Below the pieces are notes generated by a model. The model searched no databases. It was not told the origin of the DNA and was given only the letters and a program-made list of their open reading frames with translations. Below, one piece after another: positions 38,086 to 52,006 of a stretch of DNA of 64,000 nt; the first letter of the stretch is position 1; each line of letters begins with the position of its first letter. The position numbers and the translations under genes were made by a program. Origin of the DNA: Octopus bimaculoides (Eukaryota); the NCBI RefSeq assembly GCF_001194135.2, contig NC_068987.1, positions 85,563,814 to 85,627,813 of the forward strand, given 5' to 3'.

Positions 38086-39601
38086 CTATTAAGTTTCATG
38101 ATTTGATGAAAAAGTAATAAAAGAAAAAGAAAACAAGAAAAATTATTATTGGAAACATTGAAAGAAAATCAATATGCAATTAATTGTTAATATATTCTAT
38201 ATTCCGTTCTGGTAAATATTTGGCTTCGATGTTGATTTTTAATCGTGAGGTAGAAAAATATATTGTGCATTGTTAGCGCTGTGTTGTCCATTTATTAAAT
38301 GTATCGTTTATTGCTTCCACTGTGTATGTAAGTACATAGGCATGTATGTACATGCCTGCGACTCTATGGGTGTAGATATGAATGCAAGTATACAGGCGTG
38401 TATGTGTATATATATATATATATATNNNNNNNNNNNNNNNNNNNNNNNNNNNNNNNNNNNNNNNNNNNNNNNNNNNNNNNNNNNNNNNNNNNNNNNNNNN
38501 NNNNNNNNNNNNNNNNNNNNNNNNNNNNNNNNNNNNNNNNNNNNNNNNNNNNNNNNNNNNNNNNNNNNNNNNNNNNNNNNNNNNNNNNNNNNNNNNNNNN
38601 NNNNNNNNNNNNNNNNNNNNNNNNNNNNNNNNNNNNNNNNNNNNNNNNNNNNNNNNNNNNNNNNNNNNNNNNNNNNNNNNNNNNNNNNNNNNNNNNNNNN
38701 NNNNNNNNNNNNNNNNNNNNNNNNNNNNNNNNNNNNNNNNNNNNNNNNNNNNNNNNNNNNNNNNNNNNNNNNNNNNNNNNNNNNNNNNNNNNNNNNNNNN
38801 NNNNNNNNNNNNNNNNNNNNNNNNNNNNNNNNNNNNNNNNNNNNNNNNNNNNNNNNNNNNNNNNNNNNNNNNNNNNNNNNNNNNNNNNNNNNNNNNNNNN
38901 NNNNNNNNNNNNNNNNNNNNNNNNNNNNNNNNNNNNNNNNNNNNNNNNNNNNNNNNNNNNNNNNNNNNNNNNNNNNNNNNNNNNNNNNNNNNNNNNNNNN
39001 NNNNNNNNNNNNNNNNNNNNNNNNNNNNNNNNNNNNNNATATATATATATATATACATACATATATGTACATACTGACATATATATGTCTCTCCCTCTTC
39101 CTCCTTTTCTCTCTCGTTGTTCAAACGTGACCATCGTCCATCTTTTTCCCCCACGTATTCAACTTCCTTTTCTTCCGGTCTGTTGCACAGACCAGGCATA
39201 CTCTTGTCTGTCTCCTCCCCTATCTATTCTCCTGTCAAATAATGCCCCTGAGCGTTCGCCACTTTACTCCGTCTGGCGTAGCAGCCCTCACTATTTGATT
39301 CACGGTCCTCTTTTTGTTACCAGCTTCGACCCTCCGCAAAATCTCAAATTTCATTTTGGCTTACGGGAGCAGCTGTTTCATCGAAGGCACATATTGTCGT
39401 GAATTGCTCGAAATATGGAGTAGACAAACAGCGGACAACTGAAGAAGTGTCGCTCTTTATGTTACTTATTTTGCATTCCATTTGTTTCTCTCGTTGTTCG
39501 CAAAAAATTAGTCTTTGTAATTCATGTTGTTTTTCGTATTTCGGCTTCCATGTTTTCAAATTTCATGTTCTTTACGTTTTGTGATGTGCTGTAGCCATGT
39601 A

Positions 39602-39668
<67 letters not shown>

Positions 39669-40575
39669 TTTCCAAGTAAGTTTAACTATCTATCAATATA
39701 TATGTATATATGGGACTGAACCCGGAACCATGTGGTTCGTAAGCAAGCTACTTACCACACAGGGGATGTGTTTATCCACTTAACTAAGAACGATTTTATC
39801 TACACAAGTTGTCATACTTAGTGAGGAAGAAAAATGTGAAACAAAACTATCTAGTGGCATTTTATCCTGTGGAGTTAGTGTCAAGCATGTAACTAATCTA
39901 ATCTTTAAAATTGCTGGCAACCAGGGCTTCATTGTAGCACAGGGCAGCGGTGTTGAAAATTTATTTATTCGATGACTGAGGGGAGAGTCTTTTGCTGGTC
40001 CCATTCACTAGGTTCCTAAACACTATTGCTGGATATCAGGAAGGTGTGTTAATGAGTGTCAATCATACGACGGGCTTCCTCTATGTTTTCCTTCACCCGA
40101 TTCACTTACAAAAGCATAGGGTAATCCGTATTGATAGAAGACACTTGCGAAAGATACTGCGTCTAGGAACTAAAACCGATATCAGGTGACTGTAAAGCGA
40201 TTCTCTTTAACCATCAGCCATTCATGCGCCTGGATATAATAACTAGAAAATATATACAAAATGGTGTAAAGGTACTGAAGCTAAACTAATTTTGTTTCTG
40301 TCATTCAGTGCTTAATAGTTTTGACATATCCGTAGAGACGAAATATATTTTAGACAAGCGATTTTAACAGTATAACACTTAATGCACAAAGGGAAATGCA
40401 ATATTTTTGAAATAGATTATTGCATATCTGATTGCGCCTTTTCCATTAGCTCATTTTAATATTGATGTGGAAATATAGTTTCTTGCAGGATAAGTGCTTT
40501 GATGTAAAAAAAAAAATGATTGAATATATTTAGAGATAGAACAAGGTAAGGATACTGCGTGAGAGAAAGAGAGGA

Positions 40576-40614
<39 letters not shown>

Positions 40615-40794
40615 GACAGGGATAGAGAGAGAGAGAGAGAAAGGAGTTAAAAAGGGCTTTAGAGTGTATAAATTAGTTTTAAATGTGAAGTGTCAGAAAA
40701 TAGTTTTAAAATAAAACAATTTAATGATTTACTATATTTAAACTCATACTCAAACATTACATTCTTTTTAAAGCTCATATATATATATTCTGTT

Positions 40795-41010
40795 CATTTG
40801 CTTTTACTTGTTTAAGTCATTTGACAGCGGTCATGCTGGAGCACCGCCTTTTAGTTGAGCAAATCAGCCGCAGGACTTATTCTTAGTAAGCCTAGTACTT
40901 AATCTAACGTTCACTTTTTGCCGAATCGCTAAGTTACGGGGACGTAAACACACCAGCATCGGTTAGAAAGCGATGTTGGAGTGGGGGACAAACACAAACA
41001 CAGAATCATA
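40795..41010 (-). mobile_element. Family B SINE 3' half
   Basis: gcggtcatgctggagcaccgcc...gctaagttacggggacgtaaacacacc. Confidence 0.7.
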
Positions 41011-41160
41011 TGCACACACCTACATGCATACACGTTGGTCTGGCTGGTAGACATGTAAAACTGCTGGTTTTGCATAACCAACCTTGCTCGCACTTGTGCC
41101 TCGGAGGGTAACTCTCTAGGTGCAATTCCATGGTCATCCATGACAGAAAGGGATCTCTTT

Positions 41161-41395
41161 AAGGCAGCAAGCTGGCAGAAACATTAGCACGCCGGGCAAA
41201 ATGCTTAGCGGTATTCCATCTGCCGTTACGTTCTGAGTTCAAATTCCGCCGAGGTGGACTTTGTCTTTCATCCTTTCGGGGTCGATGAAATAAGTACCAG
41301 TTACGCATTGGAGTCGATATAATCGACTTAATCCGTTTGTCTGTCCTTGTTTGTCCCCTCTGCCTGTAGCCCCTTGTGGGCAGTAAAGAAATAAC
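41161..41395 (+). mobile_element. Family A SINE (long-tail form)
   Basis: A/B boxes and tail cccttgtgggcagtaaagaaata. Confidence 0.8.
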
Positions 41396-44007
41396 AAAGG
41401 GGTCTCTTTACTCTTTGTATATATAAATACACAAACAAACACACACACAAACACATATCTATATATACAGCGAGAGAGAGAGATAGATAGAGAGAGAACG
41501 AGAGAGAGCTGGCTTTCTTCAAGAAAAAAATGAGAGAGAAGTGTCCAATGCATGTAGTGCATATAGAGTATGTTGAAACTGAATTTCTATGTCGCAACAC
41601 AAGTTTCTGGTGCTGAAGAGATAACCACTCCGAAATGAATGCATCTACCCGTCAGACTCGGTATTTTCACACCCCTCTGTCAACAGCAAGCACTTTTCTT
41701 CATGACAAAATACAGTGAGTGACATCTTTACAGGTTCGAATATACCTCACGGATATTTGAACTGGTAACAAGCTTGCATTTATAAACGTCACTACATATT
41801 GCTTTCGTCACACACGCACACACACGCACACACACAGAGATGAGTGGTTGTAAGTATATATATACAATTCTAATGTCAAATTGACTGCGATGTGATGAAT
41901 GATGACCTCCAGTTTTACTGATTTCGCGGATTAGTCAAAACAGAAAAGGAAAAGCATTGCTCATGAACCTTCTTCGATTGTCCGTGGTTGTTGGAAGTAC
42001 AAAAATCATTAATCTTAAACCAGGGCTCTACGCAAATGCTTGCAACAGAATTTTTACACTAAAATAGTTGTCCACAATGACGGCACAAAGTCTAGTGCTA
42101 AGACGAGTGACGGGTAAAATATAAGCCTTAATAAGATAAATGTTCCACCGAACGCTGCAAAAGTTTGTTTTTGGCAAACGTCACTGACAATACTTTGGGA
42201 GATTTTTATTTTGATAACATTTTTCAAATATGTAACACATTTGAATCTAAGAGAATAACCACAAAAATATAAAGTAAAGCTTTTAACCACATAAATATTC
42301 TTTGCTATAGAAATGATTAAATATAATGTCTGATCCACAACGGACTGTGAATCTCTCGTCTTGTACTGACTTTACGACTAATTCGGATTCATATAGTTAT
42401 CTACGTGTTTACTGCCATGTTTTTATTAGAAGTTTTACGGTTTGTAGTTTTAATTATCAGATAGACTAATAAAACATTATATGTGACAGCAGGCGGAGAG
42501 CTGAGACGTCGGAAATATACCTCAGTTCTGCATTCAAATCCTGTCAAAAGTCAATTTTATCTTTCATTGCCTCGTGCTCGATACAATTATGTACCAGCCA
42601 AACACTGGAGTCGATGTAATTGATCTCTTCTATGAAATTTGATAGCTCTGAATCCTGGAGTGAACCGGTGTCCCGTTGAGGGCAATATTGTGATCTCCGT
42701 CACTCATAAGCTATGAAACCTAGAATAAGTCTTATGTGTCCTACGGCTCAAGAAAGCAATGTTTGTGAGACGCTATCAGCTTCAGATGTCCTCTTATAAC
42801 GCCATATAGGAAGAATATTTTAAAATGATTTGATTGATATTTTGCGGTTGCTACCATGCTGGATTGAAAATATAATATCGAACTCATTGCATTACACAAT
42901 CGGTAACTGTAGTGTAATATTTTAACCGTGTCTACAATCTTGATATTTTCACATAACACATAATTACAGATATATGATACCAACTGCAACCAGATGTTTA
43001 TTTGTGTTTCAACGAATATTTGATTAATTTCTAGCTTGTTCCCATAGTAATCACTAATCTGTTAAATTATTTGGAAGACTTTGTACAGGGATAAAGAAAA
43101 ATAAATAACAGCAGAGCGTAAAACTATATTTAGTTTCGACTTTCGAATAATTTATCCCTTCAGGTTGGGTAAAAATGTTAAGATTTACATGATGGAACTG
43201 ATGTAATCAAATACACCCATCTATTAAGAAAATGTCATTGCACCAAGTAGAAGAAAATCTTTGTTCAAATCAAATTGCTGCAACCAATATGTTAAAAAAT
43301 GGTATATAATACGTTAAATATCCCTCACAAAAAAAAAAGAGAGAGAAACAGATTTAAGAATATATATTATTTTTCGTCTTTTCATTCATTTCAATAGTTT
43401 TTTTTTTTTTCTGAAACTTGCAAATGCCATAAATAATAGACTTTCGAAAATCACGTTGGTGTTCTGAAGCGTTTGGTTTCTATTTTGATATTTTTTTGAC
43501 AGGTAAATTGATATATAAAATCTTATGTTGCAACGTAAATGCACCGATTTTCGAAATTTATTGTCAGCTTCAGTTACTTTTGTCGTCAATCTTACATACG
43601 ACTAGAAATGATGCGAACTTCTACGTGGCCGCTCAAATTACACGAAGTAGCAGTGAATTACCCCCTCAAAGTAAAATTGTACTGTCTTAAAACAAAGAAG
43701 ACACTGAGTAACCTTGGGTTAAATATCTACGGAAAGGGTGAATGGTCATGTCTGAAACGCTCTGATCAGAACGGAATTCGAGGTAAACAATAAAGTACCA
43801 AATTAAGATTGTTGCCGTATAGGAACTGAGCTTGATCATAGTCAAATATCTTCGATAGAGGACATTATTTCAGGTAAACAGTCTTAATGGTAAAGTAGTT
43901 CTTGCTTTTGCTGGTGGTGGTAATCGTACTCAACACGAAGACAGTCATCATTGAGTGGGCTTATGATAAAAACATCGCCGTGATATCATGTTATTCTTTC
44001 AATTGTT

Positions 44008-44162
44008 TACATTATTTACATTATTTACATTTGACGGATATTTGACCTACTCTTGTTTGTTGATATACTCACCAGCCTTCATCAGGTGTCTTGGGAGAAT
44101 TTCGAACCTGGTATCGAAAAATAAGAACCCAGGTTCCAAATCTCCCGAAGACACTTGATGAA
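44008..44162. mobile_element. Family C SINE head-to-head inverted pair (locus 4, truncated)
   Basis: Minus arm 44008-44111. Plus fragment 44114-44162 (tcgaaaaataagaacccagg...acacttgatgaa). Confidence 0.75.
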
Positions 44163-44164
44163 AT

Positions 44165-44440
44165 ACACCAACATCGGTTGTCAAGCGACGGTGGGGATAC
44201 ACACACAGCCACACATACAAACACACAAACACACACACTCACACACACACACACACATACACACACACACATACACACACACACACACACACACATATAC
44301 GACGGACTTCTTTCAGTTTCCACCTACCAAATCCACTCACAAGGGTTTTGGTCATCCCGAAGCTATAGTAGAAGACACTTGCCCAGAGTGCCACGCAGTG
44401 GGACTGAACCCGGAACCATTCTTACCACACAGCCACACAG
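44165..44440 (-). mobile_element. Family B SINE 5' two-thirds, abutting family C locus 4
   Basis: gtgccacgcagtgggactgaacccggaacca head. Confidence 0.75.
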
Positions 44441-44818
44441 CCACTCCATCGCCTAGTGTGCGAATCGCAAATCATTTTAGTGACGTTATACATCTTCTGC
44501 AACCGAATAATGCAGTTACATATAGAGAAAGTAAAAAAATGTATTTTATTTATTTTATATCGCATTTGATGGAACAAAAACTTCATTGGTTGCATGTTTC
44601 CCACGGGAAATTCATCGTTTTATTGCGTTTCCGATGACAACATTAAGAAAACAACGAAATATCACTCGATGCAGAACAAAAATATTCAAGAGATTTCTTG
44701 TATAAAGAATCGGTTATTCACCTGCCCTGAGAGCCTTCATGGATATACACACATGCATATACAAATCATCTTAAGAAATGAATAGAAAGACATATCTGAT
44801 GGATGTTATTTTACTTAC

Positions 44819-44918
44819 CGTATATATAGCTTATTGCGAGGCACTCTAAAATTGTAACCAGGAGCAATGGAAAACCGCTGATGCTGAAGTCTATCAGGTT
44901 TAAAAGAAACATTCCACC
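44819..44918 (-). CDS. SLC6 exon (TM10): GGMFLLNLIDFSISGFPLLLVTILECLAISYIY(G)
   Basis: Read by hand. Acceptor ttcatatttcag, donor G|gtaagt, 100 nt, phase 0 to 1. GGxxxxxLxD...E...I.YIYG motif. Confidence 0.95.
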
Positions 44919-44977
44919 CTGAAATATGAATCATTGAATACATTGTTAGAGTGGGGTCATTACTGTTATTATAATTA

Positions 44978-44990
44978 CCATCATCATCAC

Positions 44991-45021
<31 letters not shown>

Positions 45022-45124
45022 GTCATCATCATCGTCGTCGTCGTCGTCATCATCGTCCTCATCATCATTATCGTCATCGTCATCGTCATCGTCATCGTCC
45101 TCATCGTCCGCATTGTCATCATCG

Positions 45125-45170
<46 letters not shown>

Positions 45171-45245
45171 TATCATCGTTCTCATCATCATTGTCCTCAT
45201 TATCCTCATCCTCCTCATCATCACTACCACCATCACCACCTCACC
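44978..45245. repeat. Imperfect (CAT)n/(CGT)n tract just upstream of the TM10 exon acceptor
   Basis: Directly visible. Confidence 0.95.
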
Positions 45246-45781
45246 TACCACTGCCGAACCAGTACCATCCTCTTTATCATCCTTATACTCCCCTTCATCT
45301 CCCTCATCATCAGTGACTTAACATCGTTCTGTACGTATTACATAACATTCGAAACATAAAGGATTGCCAGGCTGAGGATTATCAGAGTAAACACCTTATA
45401 AGTGTTGGGCCTTGTGCCTTTGTAAGAAACAAAGTACCAAAAACAAAGTACCTACAAAACAAAGAACGAAAAATATGACGTGAGATAAATGCGAATACTG
45501 AATATTCTGAATATTATTTGTTGTTCCTGCCGTTGTTGTTTAGTCTCTGATCATTCTTCGCAATCAGACCTATAACATTGGCACACCAGCCGTAAATATC
45601 TTGTTAGTCTTTTTTTGTTTTTACTCTATACCTACACAACTATAATATTGCAATATGGCCACTAACATGCATGTGCAGTCAAGAATTTCGCTCCGCAAAA
45701 AAGTACTTTCAAATTCAATCCCACTTCTCTGCAACATATCTTCCGCTAACATCTCGGTTTAACCAATATCATGTCAGTGGA

Positions 45782-45995
45782 AAGGTGGTGATCTGTCAGA
45801 AACGTTAGTACGCCCGGCGAAATGCTTAGCGGTATTTCGTCTGCCGCTACGTTCTGAGTTCAAATTCCGCCCAGGTCGACTTTGCCTTTCATCCCTTCAG
45901 AGTCTTTAAATTAAGTACCAGTTGCGAACTGGGGTCAATCTAATCGACTCGCTCTTTCCCCCAAAAATTCGGGGTTTGTGCCAAGAGAAAAAAGA
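45782..45995 (+). mobile_element. Family A SINE
   Basis: Core match to other copies. Confidence 0.75.
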
Positions 45996-46086
45996 ATATC
46001 ATGTCACTGGAATTTGCTTTGGGCACTGGAAATACTACAGAATCCCATCATATATTATTCTTCACAAGGAAAGCTAGAGCACTAGG

Positions 46087-46128
46087 CTAGACCAGTTTCG
46101 TCTCAAAGAACAACAGCCTCATCAGTAG
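46087..46128 (-). ncRNA. Hammerhead-like motif with canonical core and degenerate stem II
   Basis: cta-CTGATGA-g...c-GAAA-C-TG-GTC-tag. Stem I is 3 bp, the triplet is GUC, and stem II pairs only at the closing G-C. Confidence 0.35.
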
Positions 46129-46882
46129 TGACTACTCCATCGCCGAATGGTTGGGCTAAATCCCAACTGTCAGTATATATATATATTTGCCATATACATT
46201 TATGGTTGATTTAGCGAAATGCTAATGTGAAAATTATTAAATAACGAAGGTAGCTTTACGCAATATAAAACCGAAAGAGAAAAATTCAGTTGTCACTAAA
46301 TGTGACTGGGGTACTGGCTATCGTTGCGCCAGAACAATACCAACATGCTGTCTGAACACGTGAGCCTAAAAATAAAGAAAATAACCAGAGTCGCTTTTAT
46401 TGCATATATATGATGTAAGCTAAGATTGTACACAAAGTCCTATCATTTATAAGCCATCTTGAAGTTCTCTCAAAACACTCACTCTGTTCCTAGCATCTGA
46501 TGGGATGGAAATGTCCTATGCACCCACGAAACTTTACGTCATGTAGAGTTGAGTCAAGCTGTTATTAAAAATATGTCATTAGTAGCAAACGTATTGAGTG
46601 CTACTCTCTTTTTCTCACTCGTATTACATTAATCCGGCTGCATGTGTGTGTTTTTTTTGTACGTATGTATTTATGCTTACCGGTGACTGAAGTTACGTCT
46701 ATTTATTTATTAGAAATGTAACGCAACAATTCAGTAAATAGAGAGCTCTAAAATAAGTGCAAATCTGAATTAAATACGCTGGGTCGAGTGGATATGATTG
46801 ATTAAAACCAGCGAACATAGCACCACAGAATGGCCACAATCAAACGACTGAAACTAGGAAAATAATAAAACAATGTACTTAC

Positions 46883-47020
46883 ATTACACAGCATTGGTAA
46901 ACCAAGGAGGAAGGAGATGGCTATGATCAATGCACGAACACAAATAGTTCTTGGAATGGTATTAATATATGTACGTAGTTCATCCAATATAGAACTCATC
47001 ACGCATTCTACAATAGAAAA
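46883..47020 (-). CDS. SLC6 exon (end TM8-TM9): FSIVECVMSSILDELRTYINTIPRTICVRALIIAISFLLGLPMLCN
   Basis: Acceptor ttatttgttttcag, donor gtaagt, 138 nt, phase 0 to 0. Lies inside ORF 46802-47137 and continues SQ|F...E...DE. Confidence 0.95.
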
Positions 47021-47400
47021 CTGAAAACAAATAACAAAACAAACATTATCATTGAAATAAAATGAAACAAAGAGAATAACAATTGTATTCATATCATCTA
47101 ACCAGTTCTTTAAATAAACCAAGAGCAGTTCTGGCAAAGAGAGAGAGACTGAGTAGTTTTTATATTTGTGGGTGAGTTATATTAGCTAGCGTCAATGTAA
47201 GAATGTTCAAGTATTGATTGGTTTTAAGCTAGGAATATTGCATATTGAATTGGCAACCACATCAGATCGTTGTATAGTTATATTGATTGTGCATCAGTTA
47301 TTGCGGGTATATGCGTTCAAATCACGATGGGGGTCGGCTCTGGATTTGATTGTTTTCTCAGAAAAGGGAAGTGGATTGATAAATAAAATACTGCTTCGTT

Positions 47401-47437
<37 letters not shown>

Positions 47438-47499
47438 CCCATTTATCCCCCTCTTTCGTAATACTGGCATTTCTAGGGATAACCCCTCTGATCCACAAC

Positions 47500-47770
47500 G
47501 GCGTTGAGGAAACCTTCGCTGCCCCACAGCCAACCTTCTTACTGAGCCCTGTAATGCCAACATGTTGAATGCTCTGTAAAGAGACTGGCCTTCAAACCAT
47601 CCGCATCGCGCTTCGATGGACTGACATATTCGTTGCTACCGATTGCTTTGGAAAATCCCACCAGCTCAACATATTTCTTCTATTTCTCTCGCTGTTCTTT
47701 TCAGTGCTGTCCTCCCAGGGAATTTATAACCTCTTTCTTTCCTTCTTTCTCCGAATTAGCTAATTTGCAC
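47500..47770 (-). mobile_element. Hero/NeSL-type RLE LINE 3' fragment
   Basis: IPWEDSTE...KKYVELV...EARCGWFEGQSLYRAFNML across frameshifts matches PWE...KxKY..LV...EVGxRGFxGQS. Confidence 0.65.
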
Positions 47771-49919
47771 TGCATGATGTAGTTTTGTCACGCACTAATC
47801 ACAGCGTCCTTTGTTTTCAGACACGGTGAAGAGCTGAACGAGAAAACTGTTATGTAATTGTAACCGTCCAGGGGTGGAGAGATGCGCAGTATAGCACAAA
47901 ACGGAAATGAAGAATATTTAAACAACCCTTAAAACACTAAAGAAGTTTAGTCCATTGAATCGATTTTTAGCACGTCTAGTATTTATAGATGTCAATGAGA
48001 CAGCGTTTAGGTGACTGCTCGGTATGCGAGGTGTAAAGGACAACTTTCCATCAAATAACACTCTGCCATCTTGAGACAAACGGACTGTAGTACATTAAAC
48101 CTGATATGTATACGAAATGGTCGTAGAGTTACTTATTTTGGTCATGGTTTTCGGTGAATTGAAGTTTTTGTCTTTGAGAAATAAAACAAACCAAATCGTG
48201 ATATTTAGCCCCTTTCACAGAAAAAGTGAGAGAATTTAGGGCTAAACAACATTAACAACACAAGTTTTAGTTTAAAAAAAAAACATCATTTGGATCCCAT
48301 ACACTTTTGGATTACTGAGGCGTGCTCAATACTTGCTGTCTATGTAATTAACCTAAAATCAGTCAACCCATGGCGCAGGTCTTTTCTGATGATTAAAGAG
48401 AAAGAAATGGATGTTATCCCAATTATGGATGTTCCAAAGCAAAGTAGAATGTCTTTCTCAAGACTGAAGCATATTCGCTGCTATGGATTACTTGAAGGTT
48501 GTCTATACTAGGAAGCTGTTCGCAAAACTTATTTAAATAATTTCATAGCAACCCAGACATTGAACCGTAGTTGGAAAGCTACAGATTATCTGCCAGAGCT
48601 GAAAAGTTAATTGTTATAGATTTGTCCTTTATCTTTTAGTGGTCAATAAATTATGAGTAAATAACATTCTAGTATTCAATCGATTTTTGTTACTAAAAAG
48701 ATTAAAGAAGAAAAAAAAAGTGATTTTGCACTAAATTATTTGTTTTCAGTTAAAGACGTTTTATCAATGATGATTCAACGAACTAAGTTCCTAAAAATAT
48801 TTTGGTTCACTCTTCTGCGATATGTTGGAAATACTGCCGAATTTTATTAGAGTTTTAATTCTTCCTAGTTTCACATGTTTATATTGTATGTACTGAGATC
48901 GTGTCAGTCAAGTATAGACTCTGCTAATACTGGAACGTCTAGGGAATGGACAGTACGAACAGAATCACCTGCGCGGATGCTTCTGATATCAATAACATAT
49001 CCAGTCTTAATGATGTTGAAGCAATCGTCTCTGGGAACTTCGGCTTCCTCCCCAAATCGATAAAAGTTTAGGAGCTAAAATAAAATAATTTTATTGAAAG
49101 AAACAATTTAGTCACTCGTCTTTGAGTTTGTGTTTGTCCGCCACCACACCACCTGGAAGCCAGTTTTGGTGAGTTTACGTCCCCGTAACATTGCGTCTCG
49201 GCAAAAAAGAAGGATAGAATTAGTACGAGGTTTCAAAAAATAATTATTGGGATCTCCTCGTTCTACTAAATAGTCTTTGAAGTGGGTGCCCCAGCATGGT
49301 CTAATGACTTCAAAGAAGAGATAAATGACAAAAAAAAAAATTGAATAAAAGCCTATCTTAATCTCGGATGAGTCACGTGTATCATCAATAAAGAAGTTTA
49401 CTGTTGTCAATATCTGCAATTATTCGGCCCGTTATGTATCTCCTTTCAAACCAATTCAAGAACATTTCCTAAAAAAATATTTCGGATAATTTTTCCTCGT
49501 AAAACTAAATTCCAACTGACAAGGGTAAAAATTCTGGGAAAATGTGAATGCTTTTTATGTCTGCTGAATAAAGAGTAAGTGGATACTGACTACGGGAATC
49601 GAATGATGTAGCCTGTATTTAATCAGTTCTCATCAAATGGTAAGAAATAACAGACGAAAGTTGATTTGTTTTTCACCAGTTTTCTAACAACTAGATTTCA
49701 AATATAAACAGCTCCCAAGACTGTAATTAAAATCTGTGGACGTCAGAATTATTTTGTAATTGTAATTATCATCGGAAATGTTTTACAATTATGATTAAAA
49801 ATCTTTGAAGTAAATTGATAATAATAAACAAACAAAAAAAGATCTTCCATTTATGAATTTTTTTTTTTTGTATTTTCAGTTTTTCTTTCTGCTAATGTTT
49901 GAGGAAGTTTAATCAATGT

Positions 49920-50278
49920 TATCCTCCTCCTCCTCCTCCTCCTCCTCATCATCATCATCATCAACAACAACAGCGACAACTTCACCAACGTCATCATCAC
50001 CATAATCATCCAAATTATTTCTCTTCTTCCTCACCTTCATGTTATCATTTTTACCTCAATAGTCAATCAACCCCACCACGATCACCACCTACGCAGTCCA
50101 CACCGTCATCATCATCATCGTCATCATCATCATCATTACAAGTACATCTCTGAGCTGTGCGATCTTCGTGATAATTAAGGTCAACGCAACGGTTATTATC
50201 ATTTCATAAACTCTTTAACATCGCCAGTAACAAAATAGACGTAATTGGTAAATGTTTTACTACTACTACTACTACTAC

Positions 50279-50348
<70 letters not shown>

Positions 50349-50396
50349 AAGAAGAAAAAGAAGAAGAACAAGAAGAACAANNNNNNNNNNCACAAC

Positions 50397-50428
<32 letters not shown>

Positions 50429-50452
50429 TAATAATAATAATTCTGCTGCATG

Positions 50453-50515
<63 letters not shown>

Positions 50516-50580
50516 TTACTACTATTACTGCTGCTACAACTAAGAACAACAACACCAGTATCAAGAAGAACAAGAGCAGC
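49920..50580. repeat. Compound trinucleotide tracts (CCT, CAT, CAA, CTA, ATA, AGA)
   Basis: Directly visible. Confidence 0.95.
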
Positions 50581-50924
50581 AGCTATAAAAAGGAATGATA
50601 CAAAGAATGCTATGATGATAATAAATTAATATTAATTACGAATTAGAAGTGCTAATCAGTAATCTATATAAATATAAATTTGTTACCAGTTCATATATGT
50701 TCCAGACATATTCAAACCCGTAAAAAAGCTATTGACTCCATTTTGTCATGGAGAAATATTCTCTCAGTAGACAAAAGGAAAAGGTGTAAAAACAGTAATC
50801 CCCCGATTATCCCGGGTGTTATGCTCCAAAAGGTCCCACAGAAATAATTAAAATCTAAAAAAATATATCGGTTGCAGAAACCCACAATGTACTGAGGAGT
50901 CTGCGACATAAATTTACGTTTGTT

Positions 50925-51091
50925 TAGGCGAGCGCAGGCGTGGCTGTGTGGTAAGAAGCTTGCTTGCCAACCACATGGATCCGGGCTCAGTCCAACTGCG
51001 GGGCATGTTGGGAAAATATCTTCTACTATAGCCTCTGACCGACAATAGCCTTATGAGTGGATTTGGTAGACGGAAACTGAAAGAAGCCCGT

Positions 51092-51093
<2 letters not shown>
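50925..51093 (+). mobile_element. Family B SINE 5' part
   Basis: aggcgtggctgtgtggtaagaagcttgc A box and ccgggctcagtcc B-like box. Confidence 0.75.
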
Positions 51094-51136
<43 letters not shown>

Positions 51137-51400
51137 NNNNNNNNNNNNNNNNNNNNNNNNNNNNNNNNNNNNNNNNNNNNNNNNNNNNNNNNNNNNNNNN
51201 NNNNNNNNNNNNNNNNNNNNNNNNNNNNNNNNNNNNNNNNNNNNNNNNNNNNNNNNNNNNNNNNNNNNNNNNNNNNNNNNNNNNNNNNNNNNNNNNNNNN
51301 NNNNNNNNNNNNNNNNNNNNNNNNNNNNNNNNNNNNNNNNNNNNNNNNNNNNNNNNNNNNNNNNNNNNNNNNNNNNNNNATGATGATGATGATGATGATG

Positions 51401-51443
<43 letters not shown>

Positions 51444-51796
51444 TAATAATAATGGACTCTCCTGCCGAAGATGATGTATAAATGTGAGGCTTTTGTCGAA
51501 CGACCTGCCCAAATGATTTGCTTATAGTGATCAAATGTTCGTGTTGCACATTAGCTCACTCTCTCCATCAAATCACTGTTGTCTGAACTGGTGCATGGTG
51601 TACTACGTGTCACGTGTCGAAGTGATCGCATAGCAACTGGAGATGAAATGTTTTGATCAAGAACACACCGCTCCACTCCGGTCTAGGAATTGAAATCATG
51701 ACCTAGCGATCGTGAGTGTAAGCCCCTAACCACTATTCCATGCACCCTTGCATGATAATAAAAACAACAACATCAATAATAACAATAATGGTGATC

Positions 51797-52006
51797 CTTT
51801 GTACTAAAGGCGCAAGGCCTGAAATTTGGGGGAGGGGACTAGTCGATTACATCGATTCCAGTGTTTCACTGGTACTTAGTTTATCGACCCCGAGAAGATG
51901 AAAAGCAAAGTCGACCTCGGCGGAGTGTTAACTGAGAACGTAAGCATGACGGACGAAATGCTGCTAAGTATTTTTCCGATGTGCTAACGGTTCTGCCAAT
52001 TCGCCA
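51797..52006 (-). mobile_element. Family A SINE
   Basis: Core match to other copies. Confidence 0.75.

Noticed and set aside
44934-45359. 141-aa poly-His ORF and overlapping poly-Met/Ser ORFs
   Set aside because: A (CAT)n tract is open in several frames, with no splice or homology support.
48290-48511. 73-aa ORF with faint hAT dimerisation-domain resemblance (DPIHFW...SVN...RSF)
   Set aside because: Too few conserved residues and no TIRs.
48900-49075. Possible cryptic minus-strand exon (ttttattttag|LLNFYRFGEEAEVPRDDCF...)
   Set aside because: No homology, and the neighbouring exons already join in frame. Needs RNA-seq.
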